Shown piece by piece: positions 1 through 8,458 of a stretch of 64,000 bases of DNA. Source of the stretch: a virus; IMG/VR virus record IMGVR_UViG_3300013006_000020, positions 1 through 64,000 of that record; one strand, 5' to 3'. The notes under the pieces were generated by a model. That model was not told where the DNA came from and searched no databases. It saw nothing but the letters and a program-made list of their open reading frames with translations. Position 1 is the first letter of the stretch, and every line of letters begins with the position of its first letter. Made by a program: the position numbers and the translations under genes.

Positions 1-251
1 CCCGTGAACGGCTCCACCCTCACACAGGACGGCATGTTCTCGAGCATGGTCAGCAACTTCGTCAGCCCGCCCGTGGTCAGGAACTCCGGCACCTCATCCG
101 CCGAAGGCTGCACGTACGTCAGATCCTTCGACACCGTATAGAACACCTGACGCGGCCCCATCACCATCACCTTGCAGGCATTCCAGGACGGAACAACCCG
201 CACACTCCAACCGTTGACCCAAGAGAACGTCGTCTCATTGCTGATGTTCAT
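1..251 (-). CDS. hypothetical protein, truncated by window edge (MNISNETTFSWVNGWSVRVV...)
   Basis: Read manually: ATG at 251 preceded by AGAAAGGTTGG, frame open to base 1, strong G/C third-position bias; absent from ORF track because no stop in window. Confidence 0.7.
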   Translation of the reverse strand, partial: MNISNETTFSWVNGWSVRVVPSWNACKVMVMGPRQVFYTVSKDLTYVQPSADEVPEFLTTGGLTKLLTMLENMPSCVRVEPFT

Positions 252-289
252 GACCGTAATCCAACCTTTCTTCTATCAAGTAACAAGTA

Positions 290-1460
290 ACATGAGGACT
301 TTGAAACCGCACGCTGCGGTCCCATAAGTGAATGCCCACCACAACCCTTCCGGGCTGGGCGGGACTGTGTGCCTGGACGGGGTTGACCGTCGCAGGACTT
401 GGCGCCTTCCAGGCGTGAACCCCACGCACCACGTTTCCGCGATGCGTGAGGGGGAGAACCGGGCGTGATAGCACGCTAGCCCGGTCCATCTGCAGCCATG
501 CGTGCGGCTGCGTGTTGCTGTTGTTGTTGACTCGGCTACTGCAGTAGAATCGTCCGCTTACCCCACTACTGTGTAGCCTACAGATACCGCCGTGTCATGC
601 GTGGCTGGTTGCTAGGCAACCACGCGTGATCGACTTCCTGGTGCGCATGCCGCGCGTATGCAACCCCGTAGCCGTTGGCTACCGGACATAGCGCACCGTT
701 GTCATCAGCCCTGGGGCTGACCGTCCAGCGGAGTTACCCGCTGTATTGAATCTAGGTCGTTGGCATCATCGACCGTAGCGTAACCTTGCTGACGTACTTA
801 TCAGGGTTGTCATGTACCCCGGCCTGTGGCGAACCCGCTCATGGGGAACTTCGCAGTCGCTGCATAGTTACCAAGCCGCCTGCCACGCCTGGATCCACGC
901 CGAAGCGCAGAGCCGAACGCGACCACGTACTACTACGGTAGGACTATCGCGCACCTGTCTGCCATGCAGAGGAGCAACGCGATAGCCGCCATACGGTATC
1001 TGTCGGTGGATAGCCTATAGTACCTTTCGACCGTTGACGAGCATGGCCTGGCGCTACTCGCTGTGTCGATATGGGTACTCTGATCCTAGCGCGGTCTAGC
1101 CTCCACAGGGTAGCCGCCCCGCTCCACTGTCGCATAGTGGTAGCGGACTACGAATGGTTTCGGTGCCGTGTTGGATCGGTACTTGCGTACCTTGCACCTA
1201 CCTTCACGCTCCCGCGTGAATGTCCCACCCATTCGCATCTAGGGTTCCACGGCTTCCGCGTTTCTTTCGCCTATGTCTAGGCAGCGGATCCCAGGCTAGT
1301 TCCTCTGTGCCCAGGGCGATATCGGTCTATGGCTGCCATGTTTCAGGCAACTAGTTCCGTATCACACCCTGCGGTGCGGATACTATAACCTCGTGGTTCT
1401 ATGTTCGTCCGGCTTTACGGCTAATAATATCGAACCGTCGCGTTTCCGCGGCGGTCGATT
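290..1460 (-). ncRNA. candidate long structured non-coding region/RNA
   Basis: No convincing ORF; many stem-loops with GAAA and UUCG tetraloops and G-U wobbles on the minus strand (1429-1459, 896-909, 726-743, 705-720, 606-622, 420-452). Confidence 0.4.
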
Positions 1461-1465
1461 GTGGG

Positions 1466-1936
1466 TTACTTACCCTTCGGTGCGGAGTCCGCAGCGATCG
1501 CTGCGCGGATGGTACGTTCGGTCTGCGCGGACGTTTCGGGCGCGAAGACCATAGCGATCACGGATTCGAGCGTGATAGCCGCTCCGCTAGCCGTGTTCCA
1601 CACGGGACGCGAACGGTCTAGCGTAGCGACCACGCGCACTAGGGATGCCGCCCATGCTTCGGATTCCGCGAGGCGGGCTTCCGCCGCGAGTAGATCGGAT
1701 TCCGCCGCGTGACCGCGCACGAAATCCGCCGCTACGCGGCGCAGTCGATTCGCGGCAATATGCGGAACGCGACCGCTAGCCTTACGCTCAATCCATTCCG
1801 CCGCGACCGCCTTACCGAACGTACCGATGGCATTCCGCGCCTTATCGACCGTCCACGCCGTAGCCGCGTTCACGCGCGCCGTATGCATGAGGATAACGGA
1901 CGGGAGGGCAAGAACGCTGGTGGAAACCTGGGTCAT
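1466..1936 (-). CDS. hypothetical Ala-rich helical protein (MTQVSTSV...)
   Basis: CAGGAG RBS-like site upstream of ATG at 1936; start moved from 1999. Confidence 0.65.
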   Translation of the reverse strand: MTQVSTSVLALPSVILMHTARVNAATAWTVDKARNAIGTFGKAVAAEWIERKASGRVPHIAANRLRRVAADFVRGHAAESDLLAAEARLAESEAWAASLVRVVATLDRSRPVWNTASGAAITLESVIAMVFAPETSAQTERTIRAAIAADSAPKGK

Positions 1937-2115
1937 GACATAACTCCTGGCGCTGCGCGCCGTAGGTGGGTGATTTGTCCCGCCACACGGCGGGAACACC
2001 TATGGGGGCGCCGGAGGGCGGGGGAGTCCACCCAATTTCACAGCTCAAAAAATCAATATGAGGACTTATAACACGAGCGTATCGCTATCGAAAAGACGAA
2101 GGCGCCACTTCTAAA

Positions 2116-2637
2116 TCAGGACTTTGCCCAACTTTTTCCATTTCTAATATTTCGTATTGCGCCAGCGCTTATATTAAAGCGTACAGCAATCACATCATCT
2201 CCAAATCCCATCTCTATCATTTTCCTTATTTCATCCACGTTTGCCTGTGTTAGTTTACTAAACCGTGAATTCTCCCCTGATATCCGGCTTAAATCTCTAT
2301 TTTCTGTCTGTTCAGCTTTTGTTGCGTATCGTAAATTAGCCAAAGTGTTGTTTGTACGAACTCTATCGATATGATCAACACTCATTTGATCTGGACATTC
2401 TCCTATAAAGACCTCCATTACTAAACGATGCACAAATATTTTCTCTGCTCCAGTGCCCATGGGCTTTCGCATTACTACAAACGCGTATCCTTCTGTGTCG
2501 ATAAAAGGATCAATAGTTCTTGGGGGTTTTGAGTGGATCCTACCACGGTTAAAAACAGGTCGCGCCTTTTCACGGACGCGACCTTCGGTGCTGACTTCGT
2601 AGTTGGGATTACGGGCTAGTGCTTTCCAGGTTTCCAC
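2116..2637 (-). CDS. NUMOD4-HNH homing endonuclease
   Basis: ETWK...YEVSTEGRVR (NUMOD4) and VHRLV...VDHIDRVRTNN..NLRY (HNH_3), C-terminal HTH. Confidence 0.9.
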   Translation of the reverse strand: METWKALARNPNYEVSTEGRVREKARPVFNRGRIHSKPPRTIDPFIDTEGYAFVVMRKPMGTGAEKIFVHRLVMEVFIGECPDQMSVDHIDRVRTNNTLANLRYATKAEQTENRDLSRISGENSRFSKLTQANVDEIRKMIEMGFGDDVIAVRFNISAGAIRNIRNGKSWAKS

Positions 2638-2643
2638 CCATTA

Positions 2644-3672
2644 TTATAGGAGGAATGGAGGCCTAGGAAAATTATCTAGTTGCGGTCTAGTAAAACAATG
2701 TCCGCAATAACTCTTTACCCATTCAAATCCAGCCATCACTAATACTGTCACTTTTTGAATTTCTGTTTTTCCCTCAAATTTTGTTTTATTCTTTGGGTTT
2801 TGCAGATAATTTTCTAAATATTTAGCAAGACTCTCACGCCATGATGGATTAAAAATTCTAAGATCATTTAGACATTGTATTTCGCATTTTCCAAGTAGCC
2901 CCGATATTATATCAACTGCTTTACTAACCATTGATATATTTTCCGCAGCATAAAAATTTGGATCTTCATACCATCTATCCATTTTTTTTGCCATAGAAGG
3001 CTGTAAATTGTTAAAACATCCTGTGCAATTTTCTTTTAGCCAATTAATTATTTGCGCATGCGTCAAAGCGCTAATTTCTAAATTATTTGGTTGGGCGTTG
3101 TTATTGGGCTGCAATAAAAATAAACTATCCAAAACTGATGTTTTTAAAGTCTCCTCCCAGGTTCCAAGCAAAAAGGTTTCAGACTCTAGACATTTTTTTA
3201 AGCACTCTGATTCTTTAATGATAACAGAAATATCTTTAATTATTTCGTCTATCTTCATGCTTTCCGGATTATAAAAAGACAGATCTTCGTACCACTCACC
3301 CATGGCTTTTGACACAGAAGGCTGCGCGTGTACAGCCGCTGCTAATTTATTTAAAAGTAGATCAAAAGAGTTTGCCTTTTTGCTATTGTATTTTACAAAC
3401 TTTAGGTATATGCCCCGCGCTCTTGCCTGCATTCGATCTTTTTGTACTCTAGATAAAAATTTAGCCTGTGGAATTCTCGCAATCGCGTTAAGAATGTGTG
3501 CGCGGTCAACTTTTCCGTCCGCGTCCTTGTAAGGAAAGTGACGTAGTGAACGAGGTTTGATTTTACCTTCGGAATCTTTTTTGCCACCAGCCTCTATATA
3601 AAGAAAAGCAGAGTCAGGAAGATTATTCTTGTATCGTGTGGTCCACTCGGCGCCTTGGGAAAAGTTTTCCAT
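2644..3672 (-). CDS. putative head-associated protein: phage LPDSAF/HFPY domain plus tandem-duplicated CxxC-ending domain
   Basis: NNLPDSAFLYIE...RHFPYKD...HILNAIARIPQ resembles a small domain common in phage head genes; internal repeats WYEDxxFY and WxKxxCxxCF; GTGTAT 8 nt upstream. Confidence 0.6.
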   Translation of the reverse strand: MENFSQGAEWTTRYKNNLPDSAFLYIEAGGKKDSEGKIKPRSLRHFPYKDADGKVDRAHILNAIARIPQAKFLSRVQKDRMQARARGIYLKFVKYNSKKANSFDLLLNKLAAAVHAQPSVSKAMGEWYEDLSFYNPESMKIDEIIKDISVIIKESECLKKCLESETFLLGTWEETLKTSVLDSLFLLQPNNNAQPNNLEISALTHAQIINWLKENCTGCFNNLQPSMAKKMDRWYEDPNFYAAENISMVSKAVDIISGLLGKCEIQCLNDLRIFNPSWRESLAKYLENYLQNPKNKTKFEGKTEIQKVTVLVMAGFEWVKSYCGHCFTRPQLDNFPRPPFLL

Positions 3673-3698
3673 GGTTATTTATACACAATTAAATGTTG

Positions 3699-4523
3699 TT
3701 ATACCTCAATACCCATTGATCGTAGCTCTTCTTTGGTTGGCGGTTTCTGACCAAGAAGAACAAAACCAGCTATAAGAATAGCTAAAATAGGACCGGTAAC
3801 AGGTGCGCTAGTTCCGCCACTAGCGATGGTTATGCCTAGCGCTGCAAGCATCGCTATAATGAGCGCGCCTCGCAAATCAACCGATGCAAGTCCCTGTGAA
3901 AGAACAGCAGATCCAGCTTGTAACACAGACGAAACCTTCTCAAATTCAGCCATTATTACCGTAACTAGTGTTGCTGCTTCTTCTTCAGTCATTTGGGCTA
4001 TTGTTGAACAAAAAGCGTTTGTGTTGCTTCGTCCGCCCATTAGCAGATCGCTTAAAAATTGACTAAATTGTGGACTATTAAATACAGAACGATTAAATGA
4101 ATAAAATGTTTCACCTAAAATAAAACCAAGCTTGCCAATAATTTGTTGAACTAATATTTGAACGAGTGCTGGGTTTGCTAAAAACTGGTTAGCTACGCCT
4201 ATCTGCAAAAGTGTGTCAATTATGCTTTTTATAAAAGCGCACAGCATCTTAAAGAAATCAAGCCAACTCGCTACAGATCCAGCTCTAATCATTGATATTG
4301 CAAGTTCGCCTAGTTTGGTTACTATCATACCAATAACAACAACAGACGTTATTGCACCGCCACCAGCAGTAAAGCATGAATTTACTGAAGTCAATAATTC
4401 TTTAATTGTTTTTGCTAGGTTAAGTTCAGGACATTGGGCCTTTTCTTTTATGCCCTCATTTTCAACAGTTAAAAGCTCAACCTGTCTATTCATTGCCTTG
4501 ATAAATAATTCGTATCTATTCAC
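3699..4523 (-). CDS. hypothetical membrane-interacting protein with C-terminal Gly/Ala hydrophobic hairpin
   Basis: ALIIAMLAALGITIASGGTSAPVTGPILAILIAGFVLLG; GTGTAT 8 nt before GTG start. Confidence 0.7.
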   Translation of the reverse strand: MNRYELFIKAMNRQVELLTVENEGIKEKAQCPELNLAKTIKELLTSVNSCFTAGGGAITSVVVIGMIVTKLGELAISMIRAGSVASWLDFFKMLCAFIKSIIDTLLQIGVANQFLANPALVQILVQQIIGKLGFILGETFYSFNRSVFNSPQFSQFLSDLLMGGRSNTNAFCSTIAQMTEEEAATLVTVIMAEFEKVSSVLQAGSAVLSQGLASVDLRGALIIAMLAALGITIASGGTSAPVTGPILAILIAGFVLLGQKPPTKEELRSMGIEV

Positions 4524-4531
4524 ACATTAAA

Positions 4532-4564
4532 ATACACTCAAAGCAAAACATATGATAAGTGTAT
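4532..4564. promoter_or_regulatory. back-to-back GTGTAT promoter-like motifs for divergent genes
   Basis: ATACAC at 4532-4537 and GTGTAT at 4559-4564 between divergent ORFs. Confidence 0.6.
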
Positions 4565-4576
4565 CTATTAAAGAAT

Positions 4577-5266
4577 ATGAACAGTCTCAAAGCTAAAATA
4601 GAAGTTTTAAGAGTTGCTGTGAGTGCAGCACCACCACCATCAACACCTGTTAGATGTAAAGATATAGTAGCAAAATGGGCAAATATAAGAGCAAAAATAA
4701 ATCAGGCTTACGAGGCTGGTGTAAGCCAAGTTAATGGTTTAACTTTTAACACTCTTGGTAATGTTTGGACTTTTGAGACGTGGAATGATCAAAACGGAAA
4801 TCCCTTTCCACCAGAGCTTTTTAAGTTTGATCTTTCAAATCCTTATACCCCATCAAACAACTACCCGCCAGCTGCTGCAGCCGTACAGGTTGCTCCACAA
4901 ATTGGTCCAGCTTTAGAAAATGAAGCTAATGTTGCAAAAGAAAAACTATTACAGTGCATTAGAGAGATGCGAAAATGCGCAATTACACGGGGTTATAAAG
5001 ACCAAAGAAGTGGAAAATATATTCGTGGAAAATGGGATATGCTTTACGCGGCAGCTGTTGGTGAAGCAATAGAATTGGCACGAAAAGCGTGCGAGCCTTA
5101 CGCCTCCGCTGGTGGAATGAGTAGACCTACTACATCTCAAAAGAGGGATTTTTTCAAAGCTCAAATGACATCTATTTTAGACGGAGTAAGATCAGCTCTT
5201 GGGCCACCGTGTAAGCCATGTATTAAAACTCCAGCACCAGCACAAACAGCTCCAGCAACACCATAA
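4577..5266 (+). CDS. leader-bearing Cys-containing hypothetical protein
   Basis: Start moved to ATG 4577 (the track's GTG is the promoter motif); MNSLKAKIEVLRVAVSAA leader, Pro linker, C-terminal PPCKPC. Confidence 0.75.
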   Translation: MNSLKAKIEVLRVAVSAAPPPSTPVRCKDIVAKWANIRAKINQAYEAGVSQVNGLTFNTLGNVWTFETWNDQNGNPFPPELFKFDLSNPYTPSNNYPPAAAAVQVAPQIGPALENEANVAKEKLLQCIREMRKCAITRGYKDQRSGKYIRGKWDMLYAAAVGEAIELARKACEPYASAGGMSRPTTSQKRDFFKAQMTSILDGVRSALGPPCKPCIKTPAPAQTAPATP

Positions 5267-5287
5267 AATAATAGCCTAGGAATAATA

Positions 5288-5917
5288 ATGAACCCTATTG
5301 ATAAATTAAAATTTGTATTAGCAAAAGAGCCAACAGACTGCACTAAGATAACCGCTAAATATGCAAAAAAAATAGCAGCTGCTAATTCTTGCAAAACGGC
5401 TGGATTTAGAGCGGCAGATAATATTACTTGGATAAATAACAATAGACCTGATGATGGAATGACTAATTTTAGTTGGACCTGGGAGCGATGTGCTCCAGAA
5501 GGAGAGACTTCTTTTTTTCCTGAGGGTAATAAAAATCCTTTAAGGGGTGGCGCTAGTAGCCCAAACCAAGACGGTGGTGGTGGATCTATGAGACCGCCAC
5601 GTGGTCGTGGTGCTGTTATGCCAGCAGTTTTGACCCCGGGCTTAATGGATCCTTCAATGGGGCCTCCATCAAATCAAGATCGTCTTGATGCACGGCAAAG
5701 TGAAGAAAAATGCAAAATTTTGCTAAAGCACAACCAGATTCTTTATTCCCTAGCTGTAGAAAAAGAAAATGAACTTTACGCTGGCGGTTGCTCTCCGTAT
5801 CAAACAAATGTCGGCACAAGAAAAGAGTTGTTGGAGAAGAAAAAGGCGGACCTTGAAGCAAAATTTCTTAAAAACCAATCTGTAATAAATGGAAAAAAAC
5901 CATGCAAAAAAACTTAA
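5288..5917 (+). CDS. leader-bearing Cys-containing hypothetical protein
   Basis: MNPIDKLKFVLA leader-like start; AGGA upstream; 209 aa. Confidence 0.75.
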   Translation: MNPIDKLKFVLAKEPTDCTKITAKYAKKIAAANSCKTAGFRAADNITWINNNRPDDGMTNFSWTWERCAPEGETSFFPEGNKNPLRGGASSPNQDGGGGSMRPPRGRGAVMPAVLTPGLMDPSMGPPSNQDRLDARQSEEKCKILLKHNQILYSLAVEKENELYAGGCSPYQTNVGTRKELLEKKKADLEAKFLKNQSVINGKKPCKKT

Positions 5918-6348
5918 TTATTGCAATTGCTAAGCTCGCAACAGCTGTAAGAGAAAATTACGCTGTGGTCCCTTGCACACTAATGAAAATTAGCCCCTCC
6001 AAAAGAGCATTACGCTGCAATTGGAAACCAACAGATATATCAAAGATTGCTTCTGATATAGCAACAAAGGCTAAAACTCAACAATTGTCTTCTGAGTGTG
6101 TTGAGCAAATAGTTCGATCATTTTCAGATACTTTTAATATGAAGTGTGGCAACATGGGAAAAGGTATGTACTCTGGCGCCTATCAGGCTCTTAGATCTGA
6201 TCTTATTAGACGTGGTATAATTAAAACAACAACCAAGACTAGCAAACCAGCACCAAAACCAAATTATAATAAACCATCGGTGCTTGTACCAGACTCGCCA
6301 AGACCATACGAGACAATACGAATGGCAAATGTTGACATAACTAAATAA
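5902..6348 (+). CDS. leader-bearing Cys-containing hypothetical protein
   Basis: MQKNLIIAIAKLATAVRE leader; overlaps upstream gene end. Confidence 0.75.
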   Translation: MQKNLIIAIAKLATAVRENYAVVPCTLMKISPSKRALRCNWKPTDISKIASDIATKAKTQQLSSECVEQIVRSFSDTFNMKCGNMGKGMYSGAYQALRSDLIRRGIIKTTTKTSKPAPKPNYNKPSVLVPDSPRPYETIRMANVDITK

Positions 6349-6380
6349 CAGGTGTATAATAAAAAAGGATATATAATTAT

Positions 6381-6710
6381 ATGTCGCTAGAAAATACTAT
6401 AAATCGTTTAACACAAGTAATTAAAGCGGCTAATAGTCGTATGTCAGCGCCAACTAGTCCTTGGTTACCTGGCGACGACCAATTTCCTCGCGATAACAGC
6501 GGAACTTCCAAATGCGCGGGTGTAAGAGCACAAATTACTAGTAATCCTAATATAAGAATATTGGGCTGTCTTGAAGAGACTGGTCGCACTCCCGGTTGCC
6601 AATGCACTACTTATCAAAGAGCCGCTCCTGGTGGCGCTATTTCTACAAGCGGACCAGTAGCAGTTCCATGTAGATGGAGTGAATGCATAACACAGCCTGT
6701 TATGTTTTAA
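6381..6710 (+). CDS. MSLE-leader small Cys-rich protein 1
   Basis: MSLENTINRLTQVIKAA; 6 Cys incl. CQC; GTGTAT at 6352. Confidence 0.8.
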   Translation: MSLENTINRLTQVIKAANSRMSAPTSPWLPGDDQFPRDNSGTSKCAGVRAQITSNPNIRILGCLEETGRTPGCQCTTYQRAAPGGAISTSGPVAVPCRWSECITQPVMF

Positions 6711-6740
6711 TAATTAGTGTATAAAAAATAAGGAATAACC

Positions 6741-7010
6741 ATGTCACTAGAAAAATCAATTCAAAAACTTACAAATGCAATTACTGCTGCAAAAATGGCC
6801 CCATCTGTAATGACAGATCCATCTATAGAGCCAATACGAAATCCACCTTTAAAAGTAGTCTGCAAAACGGAATGGGAAGGTATGTGGCCAAACGTCACAG
6901 CAAAATGCGTTTGCAGATTTGGCAAGGATTGCATTGTGGAATCTATGTCAGGACCATGCCTAATAGAAAATTTCAGAACAAATGTCCCCATGGGAACTCC
7001 ATGTCAATAA
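6741..7010 (+). CDS. MSLE-leader small Cys-rich protein 2
   Basis: MSLEKSIQKLTNAITAA; 6 Cys incl. CVC and GPC; GTGTAT at 6717, AAGGA RBS. Confidence 0.8.
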   Translation: MSLEKSIQKLTNAITAAKMAPSVMTDPSIEPIRNPPLKVVCKTEWEGMWPNVTAKCVCRFGKDCIVESMSGPCLIENFRTNVPMGTPCQ

Positions 7011-7036
7011 TAATGTAATTAGAAATATTTTAAAAC

Positions 7037-7065
7037 AGCCCTCCTTAACAGGGGGGTTATTTTTT
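7037..7065 (+). terminator. intrinsic terminator, repeat copy 1
   Basis: AGCCCTCCT-TAAC-AGGGGGGTT stem-loop followed by T-run. Confidence 0.8.
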
Positions 7066-7144
7066 GTGTATAATAAATAAGAAAAAACCCATTATGTCTT
7101 TAGAAAAATCAATTCAAAAACTAACTCAAGTAATTCAAGCGGCT
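7037..7144 (+). repeat. terminator-promoter-leader cassette repeat, copy 1
   Basis: Near-identical to 7575-7682; partial copies at 7917-7977 and 8417-8451. Confidence 0.9.
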
Positions 7145-7549
7145 AAGCAGTTGGGATGCGTTGGTCGTGAGCGTTGCACAACAATGCCAAGAGGAGGTCA
7201 AATAGTTTGTGAGTGCCAAGAACTTAACGCAGACTGCAGTGTTAAGACCAATGGGCGAGTAACAATCACCCCAGGCGAATGCGCAACACAAGGTGACCGT
7301 CCGATGCAAACTCCACGAGTTCCAGTAGCTCCACGGGGTCCAGCAGAGACTGTCGGTCCACCAGCTCCAACTGAAGATTATCCACAGTTTTCGACTTGCT
7401 GGTGGGCGCGCCAAAGGATGATAGAAAATCCAAATTCTATGTCGGATGTCTGTTTTGATGCACGTACACCTGTTCCACATACAAGAATTGAGTTCTATAG
7501 AGATACCCCTGGTGGCCCAATCAAGACCCGGTCAAGCCGGTCGGACTAA
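7094..7549 (+). CDS. MSLE-leader Cys-rich protein 3 (modules A+B)
   Basis: Start moved to ATG 7094; MSLEKSIQKLTQVIQAA; paralogue of 7927-8391. Confidence 0.85.
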   Translation: MSLEKSIQKLTQVIQAAKQLGCVGRERCTTMPRGGQIVCECQELNADCSVKTNGRVTITPGECATQGDRPMQTPRVPVAPRGPAETVGPPAPTEDYPQFSTCWWARQRMIENPNSMSDVCFDARTPVPHTRIEFYRDTPGGPIKTRSSRSD

Positions 7550-7570
7550 CATCACTAGAAAAAGCAATTA

Positions 7571-7603
7571 AAATAGCCCTCCTTAACAGGGGGGTTATTT
7601 TTT
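7571..7603 (+). terminator. intrinsic terminator, repeat copy 2
   Basis: AAATAGCCCTCCT-TAAC-AGGGGGGTTATTT plus T-run. Confidence 0.8.
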
Positions 7604-7682
7604 GTGTATAATAAATAAGAAGAAACCCATTATGTCGTTAGAAAAATCAATTCAAAAATTAACTCAAGTAATTCAAGCGGCT
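7575..7682 (+). repeat. terminator-promoter-leader cassette repeat, copy 2
   Basis: Near-identical to 7037-7144. Confidence 0.9.
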
Positions 7683-7916
7683 CAGCTAGGAAGCCAAGAA
7701 CCTACGCAAAATATTAAAAGGCGTGGTGATATGCTGTATGACGATATTAGAGATCTTCCAAAAAATAGATTTGGTCAATCTAGTAAGGATTGCTACAATG
7801 CGCTCAAATATCTAGAACAAGATCCATTTGCGTTGGAGAGCTGCTGTACTGATTCAGAGTTACCTGTTTGCTACTATAGAAATGAAAGGGATGGCGAAAT
7901 TTTTGTTCGTCACTAA
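7632..7916 (+). CDS. MSLE-leader Cys-rich protein 4 (module B only)
   Basis: Start moved to ATG 7632; DCYNAL...ESCC...CYYRN matches the C-half of 7927-8391. Confidence 0.85.
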   Translation: MSLEKSIQKLTQVIQAAQLGSQEPTQNIKRRGDMLYDDIRDLPKNRFGQSSKDCYNALKYLEQDPFALESCCTDSELPVCYYRNERDGEIFVRH

Positions 7917-7926
7917 AAAACCCATT

Positions 7927-8391
7927 ATGTCTTTAGAAAAATCAATTCAAAAGTTAACCCAGGTAATTCAAGCGGCTCAGCTATACTCAGCACAGGCAAT
8001 AGTTGGTGGCCCCTATGCTAACAGTAGTGAGCGTTGCACAACAGAAACTAGAGGAGGCCAAAAAATGTGTGTGTGCGTGACAATTGGCGCAGACGGCCAG
8101 GTTATACTCAATGGACCAATAACAACCACCCCAGGCCCTTGTAAACCTCGTATACGACAAGTTCACGACCGAGATCCAGATTTTGTCGGCCCACCAACGC
8201 CACTTCCACCACTTCCACCAGAGCCTGTAGATGGATGGGATTGCTATTGGGCGCTCAAAGCTATGACAGACGATACAACAAAAATGGAGTCCTGCTGTTC
8301 TTTGAGACCTCCTGAAATGACAAGAATTTGCTACTATAGAAATACCCCTGGTGGCCCAATACAGAACCGGCCGGCAAACCCGGGAGGATAA
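7927..8391 (+). CDS. MSLE-leader Cys-rich protein 5 (modules A+B)
   Basis: Start moved to ATG 7927; same leader; ERCTT..RGGQ..CxC and DCYWAL..ESCC..CYYRNTPGGPI. Confidence 0.85.
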   Translation: MSLEKSIQKLTQVIQAAQLYSAQAIVGGPYANSSERCTTETRGGQKMCVCVTIGADGQVILNGPITTTPGPCKPRIRQVHDRDPDFVGPPTPLPPLPPEPVDGWDCYWALKAMTDDTTKMESCCSLRPPEMTRICYYRNTPGGPIQNRPANPGG

Positions 8392-8413
8392 CTTTACTAT
8401 AAAAACCAATTAA

Positions 8414-8445
8414 AATAGCCCTCCTTAACAGGAGGGTTATTCTTT
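8414..8445 (+). terminator. intrinsic terminator, repeat copy 3
   Basis: AATAGCCCTCCT-TAAC-AGGAGGGTTATT; the G-to-A change converts a G-U pair to A-U. Confidence 0.75.
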
Positions 8446-8458
8446 GTGTATTAAAAAT

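Noticed and set aside
235-1280. ORF-track ORFs 235-489, 944-1135 and 1071-1280
   Set aside because: No clear RBS or coding bias; a better ORF starts at 251 and the region is hairpin-rich
290-2040. Group I/II intron, tRNA or rRNA in the GC-rich region
   Set aside because: No domain V, P7 core, cloverleaf or rRNA signature recognised by eye
6381-8391. RiPP/bacteriocin precursors (conserved leader plus Cys-rich core)
   Set aside because: No modifying enzyme, peptidase-transporter or double-Gly site nearby; payloads are large and include a lysozyme; not fully excluded
7037-8451. CRISPR array from the repeated palindromic 30-mer
   Set aside because: Only three copies, separated by 500-850 bp of coding sequence; they look like terminators and no cas genes are present
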